A stretch of DNA of 64,000 nt from Macrostomum lignano. Taxonomy: Eukaryota. The stretch lies in NCBI GenBank assembly GCA_002269645.1, contig NIVC01000875.1, forward strand, positions 186,001 to 250,000. The letters run 5' to 3'. The translations under genes were made by a program, and so were the position numbers. The notes beneath the pieces are model-generated. The model was given only the letters and a program-made list of their open reading frames with translations. It was not told where the DNA came from and made no database searches. Numbering within the stretch: position 1 is the first letter of the stretch; every line of letters starts with the position of its first letter. Shown one piece after another: positions 45,071 through 57,477 of this stretch.

Positions 45071-47847
45071 CTGAGGGGATGCGAATTGAGGCAATGAGGC
45101 ATAATTTGCATGCTGTAGCTGTGTGTGCTGTAGCTGTGTGCTGTAGCTGTGTGTGCTGTAGCTGTGTGCTATAGCTGTGTGCTGTAGCTGTGTGTGCTGT
45201 AGCTGTGTGCTGTAGCTGTGTGCTGTAGCTGTGTGTGCTGTAGCTGTGTGCTGTAGCTGTGTGCTGTAGCTGTGTGTTTTGTTGCTGTGTGCTGTAGCTG
45301 TGTATTTTGTTGCTGTGTGCTGTAGCTGTATGGGCTGAAGGAACTCACGGCAGTTCCAGAGGCTCGTCGAAGTAAATCTTGCCGTCGTACCTAAATAGGC
45401 AGTGCGGAGTCTTAAGTTAGGTTGGAATTCAGGTGAGAGCCCATGCCCTGTACTTCACTTCTACATTTTGCTTAAATTACCTATGGAACATATTTTTAAA
45501 TACTTTTTGTAAGATCGTAAAAAGCTGTAATATTAACAGAAAAGCACCAAGAAAATCACATTGTAAAATTAAACTCAAATTTCACACCAAAATGCTTGCT
45601 GGTGTCTCACAGGCAGCTGAGCATTAATATTCAACTGGCAATCTGCAGTCAAACTGCACTGCAAACTCCCTCAATGCAGCTCAGTCAGTGTCTGCTGCCC
45701 ATTTAAACTACAAAAATGTAAAAATTCCCACTTAGAGCAACTGCAGTCAGCTGCTCAATTTTCAATCATAATGTAGAACGAGCGAGGTTTGAGATTGCGA
45801 GAAAACCGACTTGGCGCTCAGAACTGACAATCGATATATACACAAGCACGTACAAATAGGACTGCGAACAACATTAAAATATTTAGATGCATAGAATGCT
45901 CACAATAAATTACAGCATAATGTTTATCAACGATAAATCAAAGTCAGAGAGACATTCTCAGTCGCCATGGAAACTCACCAAAGCAGCAGCTCAGCCAGTT
46001 CGCCCTTTCTCCTCTGTGTGGCCAAATACAGCGCAGTATTGCCGTGTCCGTCCTTCAGGCTCCAATCCGCCCCTGAGTCCAGCAGAACCCAACCGACTGC
46101 GGCGGCGGTGGCGTGGGGCGCCCAGATGGCCGCCTGCATGAGGGGTGGGAATTCCCACTGACCCCTGGCATTGGCGGAGGCTCCGGCAGCCAGCAGAGCG
46201 GAGGCTGCGACAAAATTGCCAGCCTTGGCTGCACGGTGCAGGCAACTGGTAGTCCATCTATTCGCACAGGTGGGGTCACCCAGCTGCACCAGCTGCTCCC
46301 ACAGAGCCTCATCACCGCATGAGCTGTTCCGAGCTGCCCACATCAACGCGGTGCGACCCTCATCGTCAGGCAGGTCGCAGTTTCCGCGGGTCGCCGCTCG
46401 CCGCAGACCCGCCGAGTCGCCCACCCGGGCCAGCCGCTGCAGTTCTTGTCGATCCGCCTTCTCCTGCAAAGGCAAGTGGGAAATTTGAGCACAGCGGCTC
46501 AGCTGCAGCCGTATCGACACCGCAGATGTCACTCACCTGGTCTGTCAGGCCGGAGATCCCGCCATCTGCATCCACAACTAGCCGCATCTCCCTGCAACAG
46601 AAAATTTGCAATTTTCTCAAATCCGACAACTACGATTGCCCAAGTAAAATTTCAAGTCTGGAGAGAATTTTCATGAGAAATTTCGTAAACTGAAATGTCT
46701 AATTATGTAAGCTGTCCCCAGATGGAGTTTCCAAGAGGACTGCAGAAGCTCTGCAACAATCAGCATTAGCGAGAGCGCATCCGACTTCTCACAAGCAGCT
46801 CATTTTCCATTTCTGCAGCATGAGTTTCCTTCCATCTCAGGATGTCTCACAAAGCACTCACGCACAGCCTCCCAGTTCTCCATCTGCAGCTTAACCCACA
46901 CACTCTCTTTGCACACCGACGCCCTACAGCTTCCATTCTCAACTGAGATCAAGCCTGCACCCCATTGGCTGGGAGGCAGTCAGCCAATCACAGCTCTCGC
47001 ACATCAAGCAGTCAGACAGAGACAAGCTCAGCTGACTGGCTCTGATTGGCTGGCCTGAGACTGCAGCTCTGGCCACCCCAGCCGAATGCTGCAAAACTTG
47101 ATGGACACAGCAGCGAACTGCTCACTCACCGCTCGATGTAGCTGGCCAGCTCTGAGTGACTGCTGAACCTCGCCAGGTCCGACGCCGTCCGACCCTGGCG
47201 ATCCTTCAGTCCGAGCAGCTCCGACCTCTTCGAGTTTCCGTGCTCCTTGCACTCATTGAACCTATCCTGCCTGAGCAGGTGCAGCAGGTGCTTGGCGCAT
47301 TTCCAGCTTCCAGTCCGCGCCGCCTCCATCAGCGGAGTGGCGCCGTTGTCGTTCTGCAGCCACTTCGCATCGAACGACAGCAGCGTCAGCAGCCGCAAGT
47401 GGTTACTCCGGGCTGCCAGGTGCGCAGCCGTGTCGCCGTTCGAGTCAGCCGCCTTGGGGTTCGCGCCCTGCTCAAATAAGTACAAGATGCACTTTTCAGT
47501 GTGCACGGGAGTCTCAGGAGCGTCGGCCACCAGCATGAGGACGGTCCAACGAGCTGCATCAGCGCTGGTGACCAGCTGGCGCGTTGCCAGCCGCCGCACC
47601 TGGCCGAAGTCACCTCGGATGACGTCGTGAGCGAGAGTCTGGAAATTCAAACATGTGAGTAGGTTCCTGCAACTGCAACTGAGGCTAGGCACCGAAGCTG
47701 AACAGACGAGTAAGGAGGTAAGTAAGGACGAAGTAAAGATATATATTTAAATTTACTTCTTCAACGCACACAAACAAATATATTTCTTCAATCAAGATAA
47801 AGTTAATGTAATACCTTATCCGGTTCGTTAGAGGCTCCAACACCCAT
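44126..47847 (-). CDS. Gene D: ankyrin repeats + single MAP3K-like kinase (about 663 aa)
   Basis: Exons 47815-47847 (MGVGASNEPDK), 47130-47638, 46537-46591, 45979-46463, 45349-45390, 44707-45070 and 44126-44629 sum to 1992 nt, open; ends MAKNSLNR*. Confidence 0.85.
45772..45904. mobile_element. 133-bp solo LTR (TRIM/Gypsy-like) in gene D intron 4
   Basis: TGT...ACA termini and 4-bp TSD ATAA (45768-45771 and 45905-45908). The empty site TCATAAATTACAGC is seen in gene A. Confidence 0.75.
45979..47638 (-). CDS. Gene D ankyrin region
   Basis: Ankyrin motifs as in the paralogs; clear acceptor TTTCCAG|ACT at 47638. Confidence 0.9.
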
Positions 47848-48047
47848 TATGCTCGCTAGAAAACTGCACGAGCAGCCGCCCTAGCACAGCAGATTTTATA
47901 TCGGTCTCAGAAGACATTGTCTGAGAGATGCACTGCCCGCGCCTGATTGGCTGAATGCGAGCCAGGTGCCTCGGTCTCGGATTCTTCTTCGTACGGAATG
48001 CACACTACCCTTGGCAGAGGTTGGAGTACAGACTTGCAGAGTGGAGC
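47848..48047 (-). promoter_or_regulatory. Type II promoter of gene D
   Basis: TATAAAA at 47894-47900 and CCAAT at 47946-47950; homologous to the gene C promoter. Confidence 0.6.
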
Positions 48048-48360
48048 TGTAATTGCCTTGCAATAACTCAACCAATATTAGCTCTGAGTGAATGCTACGA
48101 CGTAAATGAATTATTTTTTGATCGCGCAAAAAAACCAGATGTACATTTATGCTGGAATAAATATATATAAATCGTTGAGTTGGCCACTTCGGGCCCCACG
48201 TTTTCTCGCTCAGCTTAACCCGCGGCCTTCAGACTTTACAGTGGCGTCGCAAGCAAGCCCACTTTGGCCAGTCATTCAAGGCTCAATTCATCTCACTGCC
48301 ATCCCCTGAGCAATTCAGCACTAGAGCAGATCAACATAACGCCGGTAAACGCTGGAACAA

Positions 48361-49560
48361 ATGGTCCGATCATTTTTGAGACTTTATCGAAACGTCAGGC
48401 ATCAAGGACGAAACTCAGAAGTGCAAGCTCCTGGCTACACGGCCGGGAGAGAAATCGCGCAAATCATTAAGGACTTGCCAAACGATAAAAAAGGCAGCCT
48501 CGAAACTCTGCTCGCAGCAATAAAAGAGCACTTCAAGGAGCGCAACAACATCGTATTTACCCGCTATCAGTTTCGTCTATGCGTTCAGCAAGCCGGAGAA
48601 CCAGTGGACTCCTGGTACTCCCGACTCAACTCAGCGGCCGAGACATGCGAGTTCTCAGCACTCAAGGACTCCTTAATCAGAGATCAGATAGTGGTGACAT
48701 GCTGCTCCGATAAAATTCGGCGAAGATTGCTGCAGGAGTCCAACATCTCTCTCGGCGATGCGTTGAGACAAGCGCGCGCGTTTGAAGCAGCAGAAGAGCA
48801 GGCCACGGCCATTGAGAACTCCGGTAGCATCGCAGCAGTGCACAGAGCAGCACCGAAGCAGTTCAGAGACAGCGGAACGCGCCCGAACAGTCAGCGGGTT
48901 CCTGGCGGCCAAGCAAACAGCGGCCCAACCACCTGCTATCGATGCGGCGAACGCGGGCACAGCTCATGCAAGGCGGCAAAAGGCAAAACCTGCCTGGCAT
49001 GCGGCAAGCTAAACCACCTCGCCAAAGCATGCAGACAACGCAAGCCCCAAACAAGCTCCAGCATCAACGCCGTAGCGGACAAAGAAGCTGAGGAGGTCTT
49101 CACCGACCACGATTCACTAATTGAGGAGGCCTTCACTATCCAGTCGCAAAAAACGGCACCCAGACGCAACTCCGCCAACACTCATCTGAAGATCGAGGGC
49201 AAGGACTTCACCGTACTCGTGGATTGCGGAGCCAGCTGCAACGTCATGAGCGAGGAGAACTTCCGGCGGCAAAGAAATGTTCGAATGCACAGCGCCTTCC
49301 ATCCAATTTTCAGCTACGGGTCCACAAAGCCTCTCCAAGTCCTGGGTGTCGCCGACCTCAACGTGAGCAACGTAGCCAGCAGACAACTAGCTTCATTCTA
49401 CATCACCAAAGGCTGTGGAACCACACTGCTCGGTCGAGAAACCGCTTTCAACATGGGAATTCTGCACATCCAGCATCCAACGGTTGAAGTCAACTCGGTG
49501 CAGCCCACGGAAAATCCAGCTGCATCAGGTATTCAAGCGCTGTTCTCCAAGTACAGTGAT
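48361..49560 (+). pseudogene. gag: Gypsy gag + aspartic protease (disrupted 5' end)
   Basis: CYRCGERGHSSC, CLACGKLNHLAKAC, VLVDCGASCNV; in-frame stop and frameshift at the N-terminus. Confidence 0.85.
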
Positions 49561-49614
49561 GTCGACAAAGATCTTCCAACCGAACTCCGCATCAGCACCG
49601 AACTCCCAGCAGCA

Positions 49615-51942
49615 TCCTTGGTGAGTTTCAGTCAATCTTCGAAGGCCTTGGCTGCGTTAAGGGCGTTCGTCTTCGATCAGAAGCTGTCCCAGTCTGTCAC
49701 CCACCCTCCAGAGTTCCCGTCCACCAGCGGTCGGCGGTCATCTCGGAACTACAGGCTCTCCTCGACCAAGGCATCATCGAGCGCGTCAACGGCCCGTCAC
49801 CGTGGGTCTCCCGCATGGTTGTCGTCCCGAAAGAAGGCGGCGGAATCCGCATCTGCCAGGACCTGCGCGACGTAAACTCATTTGCCGTGCCAGAAAAGCA
49901 GCCCATCCCAACCTTTGAGGAGATCACGGACGAAATGGCGGGCTCCACGGTATTCAGCGAGCTCGACATCACAAAGGCTTTCCACCAGATTCTTGTCAAA
50001 CCGGAATCGCGTCACGTCTTCACCTTCAGCACCCCACTGGGTCTCATGCGACTGACCAGACTCAGCATGGGATTCACCAACGCATCCGAGATACTGCAAA
50101 GGGTTATGACAGGCGTCTTGAGCGGCCTTGACGGTGTCCGATGGGCACACGATCACATCACCGTCTTTGCAAGCACGATAGAAGAGCACAACATCCGACT
50201 AAAACAGTGCTTCAAGCGCCTACAAGACCATGGAATCACACTGAACCCGAACAAGTGTCGTCTGGCGCAGCCTTTCATCGATTTTCTTGGTATGCGCATC
50301 AGCGCACGAGGCGTTCAGCCTGCAGCCGAGAAGATCAAGGCCGTCAAAGACTTTAAGGAGCCAACAAATGTGTCAGAGCTGCGCTCATTCCTCGGTTTGG
50401 CCACCTACCTGTCCAGGTTCGTTCCGAACTTCTCAGATCTGACGCAGCCAATGCGAGAACTGCTAAAAAAGGGTCACAAATGGTGCTGGTCAGAAAGGCA
50501 ACAAAAAGCATTCCTGCAAACAAGAGCAGCGATCTGCAAGGAGAGCGTCCTGGCCTTCTTTGACGTGAATCTCCTAACAGAAGTTCATGTGGACGCCTCG
50601 CCAGTCGGCCTGGGAGCCATTCTCAGCCAGGTGGACGGAAAAGGCGTTCGCAAACCGGTCGCCTTCGCCAGCAGGTCGCTCACGCCAGTTGAGCAGCGAT
50701 ACGCCCAAATTGAACGCGAGGCGCTTGCGGTGAAATTCGGGTGCCTACGTTTCGAGCACTACCTCAGCGGCTGCCCAGATCTCACAGTCATCACGGATCA
50801 CCGCCCATTAGTCCCGCTTTTTCAACCTGGTTCCAGGCCTCCACCAAGGATTGAACGGATGGCTTTAAGAGTGCAGCACTTCAAATTCAAGCTTATCTAC
50901 CAGCCGGGGCCACAGAATCCAGCGGATTTCCTCAGCAGACAACCTGAAATGCAGACAAATGACAACCCCTGGACAGACGCTTCATCAACGCAGTCGCCAT
51001 CGGCTCTACTCCGAAAGGACTGAACTTCGCAACGATTCAGGACGCTTCAAAGTCAGACGGCACGATCCAAGCAGCTCTATCAGCTCTACGAACTGGTCAA
51101 TGGGACATGCAGAACAGAGAACTTCGAGCCTTGTCCTGCCTGCAGCAGGAGCTTTCAGAACATGATGGCGTGCTACTACGGAACTTGTTGATCGTGATCC
51201 CGAGCAGCTTACGTCGGACGGTGCTCCAGTTGGCACATGCAGGCCACCAATGCTGCCGAAAGACTATGGACAGACTGCAAACCAAAGTCTGGTGGCCAGC
51301 GATGAGAAGCGACTGCCAGACGTTCGTCCAGTCTTGCCTCCCTTGCCAAGCGACATCGCCGAAGAGCCTCGCACCGCCACCACTCTCACCGTCGCAACTT
51401 CCGGGCGGAGCGTGGCTGGTTCTTGGAATGGACTTTTACGGCCCAGTCCAAGGGAAAATGCTAATGGTGACAACCGACCTCTTTTCAAAATTTCTCGAGG
51501 TCGACATAGTCAGCTCAACATCAGCAGAGGCAGTGCTTCCGCATCTCCGGACTCTGTTCAGCAGATACGGCATACCGTTGGAAATCGTCAGCGACAATGG
51601 ACCTCCGTTAAACTCGGCAGAATTCGCAAACTTCCTCTCAGAGTTCGGCATCAAGCATCGCCGGATCTGTCCACTGCACCCCGAGGCGAACGGAGCGACC
51701 GAGCGAGTCAACAGGTGCATCAACAAGGTCATCAGAGCGGCCATCGCAGAAGGACGCAACTGGCGCACCACGCTCGACGACTGGCTGCTCGCTCATCGCG
51801 TCACTTTGCACTCAGCAAACGGCGTGGCACCAGCCGAACTGCTCATGGGCCGAGCTCTCAACGACGGCCTCCCGTCAATCCAATCATCGCAGCCTGTGCA
51901 GCACGACCGAGCCGAACTCGCAAAGCGCCATGAGGTCTATGA
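49615..51942 (+). pseudogene. pol: Gypsy pol (RT, RNase H, integrase), frameshifted and truncated
   Basis: PWVSRMVVVPK..IRICQDLR and FSELDITKAFHQ; the YxDD motif reads AHDH (50145-50156); integrase is cut at 51942. Confidence 0.88.
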
Positions 51943-53760
51943 TGTAACCGCCCTTGTCGCCTGTCCGCTCCGTAGAGAGACGAACGCATGACTAGAGGGG
52001 GCAATGACCGTAGGCTGCCTATGACCGGGCAACGACCTGACAGACCTCCAGCACCAGACTGTCCCGCCCACATGATTAGTAGCTTTTGGTAGCGCTTCGT
52101 GACCAGAGGGCCAAGGACCCACATGGACCCCACCTGTAGCCAAGGTGCAATAGTTGGTCACTCGGTCATGGTATGACCGAGTGGCTGCCACCACTCTATG
52201 TGACCTGGCGCACCTGGATCTTTCTACCAGACCTCTCGAGGCTAGAGCCCCGCCTGGGATGGTTACCAGGAGATTTAGGCTAACAGGGGAGACACATGCA
52301 GCCGAGTACAGGGACTCTGCTTGGGGCATGATCGGGAACTCTGGCTCAATCCTGGAGGATTTCTCAGCAGGGGATCCTTTGTGGCTGTGAGCGAGGCTGA
52401 CTTGCGACTTTGATTACTAAGAGTAGTATGAGGCGAACATGTACTGTCTCCAGTTTAGATTGCTCAGGGCGAAGGGACGCGTTAGCATGGGGTTGCAACC
52501 TTCCTACTGCCATTCTGTGCCAAGACTCGCTAATCCCTCTACTGCACGCACACGCGGCCCCGCAGCACGCACTCACAGGGAGAGGCCATTAGCTTACCCA
52601 AACTCCCTTATGCTTTGCCACCCCGGGAGAAAGGCTTAGCAAGCCATGAGTTAAATGATGGTGAAAGATTGAATAATGATGAAGTTAGTTAATAGTTAAT
52701 AATTAGGCCCTTAGGCGAATAATCAGGCAATTAGGCGGCTTCACTATTGAGTAAAATACAGCAAAAGATACGGTATCACAATTGGCTCAGTTCTCTAATC
52801 AGACAATGGAAAATAGGCAAACCCCGGATAAGCAAAGGCAATTAGAGCACAAATTAGTAACAGGAACTTACCGGCAGCTGCACAGAGAGAGAGAGAGAGA
52901 GGCGGAGTGACCGAGGGTGGCTGTAGGCTGCAGTCAGGCAGACAGTGAAGCAGCGATGCGCTGGAGCGACGAGGCGCTGATGTAGATCAGGCGATGCTGA
53001 TGATGCTGGGCGGTATCAGACCGCTGGCCGATAGGCGAGCTCGCTTGGGGAGCTAAGGATAACTTGACGGTAACAGACCGCGGACCGGCAGGGGTTCGTC
53101 TAATAGACGAATGGGTCAGAACTCAGTCTGACGGCAAGTCTAAAGAAAGACTAGGAGCCCGAAGGTGGGCAGAAGTGGGAAGCGTAGAACGCGACTGACG
53201 ATTCTCATGCCGAAATCGCTTCCTTTTATAGACCTCACAGCCGCCTCCTCAAGGTCGTTACCATGGCTCCCTCTCTCTGATTGGCTGCCGGCAGAATGAC
53301 GGCAGAATGAGTCATGATGAGAAGCATGAGACCGGCATAGCAACATGAGAAATAGGGAAATTGCGCAATCCGGAGGTGGGATGGGGGGATAATTGGCGCA
53401 GCGGGTGGTCACGAAAGTGTTGCGCAAGCAAACATTGAGAACAATAGGGCTGGGGTCGAGAACAAAGGAATTGGAAATCGGGGATAATTGGGGAAAACTG
53501 AGAACAATGGAAAAGTAAACATTGGAGAAAAGGTGATAATTAGGTGCGAAAACGAGAACAAAAGAAAGAGAAAATCGGAGAAAATGTGATAATTGGTGGG
53601 GGTCGAGAGAACAAAAGAATCAAAAACGAGAACAATAGAAGCGGAGGTGGGGTGGGTGTCGCATGAGAAATTTGGGGAGGAGAACAATGGCATGAGAAAA
53701 GGTTGCGCAAGAGAGGGGGATGAGTCATCGATGAGTCATCGGGGGGAAGGAGGGGTCACA
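51943..53760 (-). mobile_element. LTR-like insertion (about 1.8 kb) truncating the Gypsy integrase
   Basis: Termini TGTAACC...GGTCACA; minus-strand CCAAT (53280-53284) and TATAAAA (53224-53230). No TSD, PBS or PPT found. Confidence 0.4.
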
Positions 53761-54216
53761 CGACTTGCGTCACCGTTTGGGAGTTTGGGAGGGGATGGGG
53801 AGACGGTGAGCACACAAAATACTGTAAGTAGACACAGAGAAGGAGGGGACAGCGCAGGAAAAGAGTGCAGAGAGAGACAAAAAGAGGGGGGAAAGGGAAA
53901 GTACAAGAAGAATAGGGTGGAGTGCAGGGAGATAAGGTAGAGGGGAGGGTACAGAGAGGGACAGGGAGTTCCGGAAAGGCAGGTGTGGCGGCAGGGGAGA
54001 CGGAACCAAGGCAGTAGGAGGGGGGGCAGCAGAGCGGGAGTCTCCAGGCCTGGGCGGAGACCTGGCCGAGTCTCGACAGCTCTGTGCAGAGGGTACACGG
54101 GATAGGAGACACTTTCGAAAAAGTTCCCATGCCCTATCCCGCGACCAGAGCGTGGTGACGCGTAGCATACAAAAAAGATACAAAATCTTCATAGATGGTA
54201 TTTAAAGCAACTCGGC

Positions 54217-55155
54217 TTAGTGCTGTGAGTCAGACTTTTTCCTCAAGAACTCGTGCTCCAACAGCTTTTCTGCCGAGTGTCTCTCACTGCGGTCCTTGGC
54301 GGTGCAGCGGCTGTAGAAATCCTGAAACTCTGCGGACCGGCCCTCCGGCAGGGCGGGGGCGCCCCTCCTGTAAAGATCAAGTGCCATTTCCCAGAAGTTT
54401 TTTACTTTTGAGAACGGTTTGGTACCGAAAGCCATCTGGAAGACCGAGCAGCCGAACGCCCAGATGTCCGACTCTCTGCTGTACTGCTCGCATTCAGAGG
54501 TGCCGATTCCGAGCAGCTCTGGCGCCATGAAGTTCAAAGTACCTTTCAATGACTCGGAAAAAGATGAGTGGCGACTGACTGACTGCTCCAGCTTGATTGA
54601 CAGGCCGAAGTCGATCAGCTTGATTCGCGTGTTGTCAGCACAAACAATTATATTCGAGCAGTTGATGTCTCTGTGGATCACGGGCGGCTGCCGGCTGTGC
54701 AGGTAGAGCAGCGCGCGGCAGATCTGCGAGCGGTCGGTCAGTGAGCAGTCATCATTCATGGGAACATGGAACAGGAGCATCAAGGATGCACAATGCTCAC
54801 CTGCTCGCTGAAGTCTCGAATCTTTGGTTCTTTCAGCGGCTTGTTGTCGATGAACCTCTCCAAGCTTCGGCCGTCCAGCAGCTCCATGAACACAACGACT
54901 GTGGCGGGCTCCGGCTGAGCGATGTGCAAGAACCTGACGATGTTGGGATGCCGCAGTCGGCACAGGTTTCTCTCGCTCTTGATAGCTTCATCGATATTCT
55001 TCGTTTTCGTCTCCTTCTTATCGCCGAGCTGCACAGGCAGGTTGAGAGTCTTGGCGGCGCACCTGATGCCTCTGTCGGTGACAACTTCCTGGATGTCACC
55101 AAAAAATACTCTGACAACGAAGCGAACGGAGTCCCAGCTCTCTCTGTAAACGGGG
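54217..55155 (-). CDS. Gene E kinase domain 2 (degenerate glycine loop VRVFFG)
   Basis: FVVRVFFGDIQEV, AAK, HRDINCSN, DFG, GTLNFMAPE; ends KKSDSQH*. Confidence 0.9.
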
Positions 55156-55289
55156 CTGTTGGGAAATTTCGAAAGTGAATCAGGATGCGTTGAGCTGCTC
55201 GGTAGAATATTGGTATCGCCTGGCAGACAGGCGTAAATGAGGAGATGCACGGGAGTAACAGCAAGTGGAGGGTTTTGTTGGATTTAGTA

Positions 55290-55714
55290 TACCTTTTTGC
55301 AATCAATTTCGTCGTTTTTGCGTTCAATTTCGGCGCGAGCGCTAGTGTGCAGTCTAAACAACTGAGCCATAGACACTGGGCAACTTTTGCGTTCAAATTC
55401 GGCCTTTTTGCGTCCTATTTCGGCAGCTTACGGCATCAAACATACTTGCGGAGACGACTATAGGCCTGCTTTAGGAGACAAATTTTTCGTCCCACCCTCA
55501 CTGAATTCGATCGAGTGAGAAAGTGTCTATGGCAAAAACATTCGAACTGTGCCCACAGTGCGGCCCATGTGATTGCGCTGCCGAAATAGGACGCAAAAAG
55601 GCCGAATTTGAACGCAAATGTTGCCCAGTGTCTATGGCTCAGTTGTTTGGACTGCACACTAGCGCTCGCGCCGAAATTGAACGCAAAAACGACGAAATTG
55701 ATTGCAAAAAGGTA
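55290..55714. mobile_element. Same 425-bp MITE at the homologous site in gene E
   Basis: Sequence and flanks match 854-1278; TA TSD at 55288-55289 and 55715-55716. Confidence 0.9.
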
Positions 55715-56004
55715 TATTCAGTAACTCAGCTTCCACAGAAGCCTCACAGATTCCCAGGAACTCTCTCGAACTCTTTCTGAGTCTGAGCAAACTTCTGCTT
55801 TATTAAATCAAATTAAGCACAATTTTTCTTTCCTGGGCTTGAGGCTGGCGTCTGAGTGCATATTTCTCAAAGTAGGAGACGCATCCTTAGCGTAAGCACA
55901 GTGAGTCTGCTTGACAACTGATAAAAAAGCGCAAAACTGGTGCCACATCTGCATTAGCATCAAATCGCATAGGCATCTAAGGCTAGCCCAGTAACTGTAC
56001 ATTT

Positions 56005-56936
56005 CTACCTGACGATGAGGAACTCGTGCCCCATCAGCTCCAGTGCAGACTTTCTGCTTTTGCGGTCCATGGCGGTGCAGCGGCTGTAGAAGTCCTGCAG
56101 CTCCTCTGAGCAGCCCGTCGGCAGGGCGGGGGCGCCGCTGCTTCTCAGCCTTTCGGGCAGCGTGTGAAGCATTTTGTGCTCAGCGAAGGGCCGCCTGCCC
56201 GAGACCATCTGGAAGACCGAGCAGCCGAACGCCCAGATATCCGACTCTCTGCTGTACCGCGGGCTGTCCGACTCTTCCGGTGCCAGCAGCTCCGGAGCCA
56301 AGAAGCTCAGAGTGCCTTTGGGGGTGGCTTTGGAGTCCGAGATGTGGGTGACTGACTCCAGCTTGATTGACAGGCCAAAGTCGATCAGCTTGATTCGCAT
56401 GTTGTCAGCACAAACAATCATGTTCGAGCAGTTTATGTCTCTGTGGATCACGGGCGGCTGCCGGCTGTGCAGGTAGAGCAGCGCGCGGCAGATCTACGAG
56501 CGGTCGGTCAGTGAGCAGTCATCATTCATGGAACATGGAACAGGAGCATCAAGGATGCACAATGCTCACCTGCTCGCTGAAGTCTCGAATCGTCAGCTCG
56601 TCCAGCGGCTTGTTGTTGTCGATGAACCTCCCCAAGCTTCGGCCGTCCAGCAGCTCCATGAACACAACGACTGTGGCGGGCTCCGGCTGAGCGACGTGCA
56701 AGAACCTGACGATGTTGGGATGCTGCAGTTGGCACAGGTTTCTCTCGCTCTCGATAGCTCTGTGGATCTCTGTGCTCACAGAGGTTTGGTGATCACCGAG
56801 CTGCACAGGCAGTCTGAGAGTCTTGGCAGCGCACGTGACGCCCGTGTCAGTTCGAACTTCGTGAACTTCGCCGAAGCCACCGCGACCGATGAGGCGAACG
56901 GCGTCCCAGCGTTCCAGGAGCGGGGGGCTTTCGAGT
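56005..56936 (-). CDS. Gene E kinase domain 1
   Basis: LIGRGGFGEV, AAK, HRDINCSN, DFG, GTLSFLAPE; near-identical to gene A kinase 1. Confidence 0.9.
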
Positions 56937-57477
56937 CTGAGGGGATGCGAATTGAGACAATGAGGGAAAATTTGCATGCTGTAGCTGTGTGCTGTAGCTG
57001 TGTGCTGTAGCTGTGTGCTGTAGCTGTGTGTGCTGTAGCTGTGTGTGCTGTAGCAGTGTACTGAAGGAACTCACGGCACTGCCAGAGGCTCGTCAAAGTA
57101 AATCTTGCCGTCGTACCTAAAAATCCAGTGCGGAGTCTGAGGTCCGGAGAAATCTTTAATATTACCAGAGAAAAACAGAAAACTTTCAGCTTTTAAAAAA
57201 TAACTTAACTGTCACAGAAAACTGCTTGCTGTTGTCTCACAGCTCGCAGGCAGCTGAACATTAACATTCAACTGGCAATCTGCAGTCAAACTGCACTGCA
57301 AACTCCCTCAATGCAGCTCAGTCAGTGTCTGCTGCCCACTTAAACTACAAAAATTAAAAAATGCCCACTCAGAGCAACTGCAGTCAGCTGCTCAATATTC
57401 AATCATAAAATACAGCATGATTTTATCAATGATAAATCAAAGTCAGAGAGACATTCTCAGTCGCCATGGAAACTCAC

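Larger units (their letters stand above)
48048..51942 (+). mobile_element. Decayed Ty3/Gypsy LTR retrotransposon (5' LTR, PBS, gag, pol; 3' end missing)
   Basis: LTR 48048-48240 (TGTAA...TTACA, AATAAA near 48156), PBS-like TGGCG at 48242. Gag with CCHC-type knuckles, protease LVDCGAS, RT, RNase H (DASPVGLGA, EREAL, DHRPL), integrase (HHCC, DFYGP, SDNGP, ERVNR). Stop at 48377-48379, frameshifts near 48440, 49590 and 50975. Confidence 0.92.

Noticed and set aside
49560-49615. Programmed -1 frameshift between protease and RT
   Set aside because: No slippery heptamer, the position is atypical, and the element has other inactivating lesions.
53767-54161. 8-bp inverted repeat GCGTCACC/GGTGACGC bounding a 390-bp segment
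   Set aside because: The right copy overlaps host sequence conserved at the gene B 3' flank and there is no TSD; likely chance.
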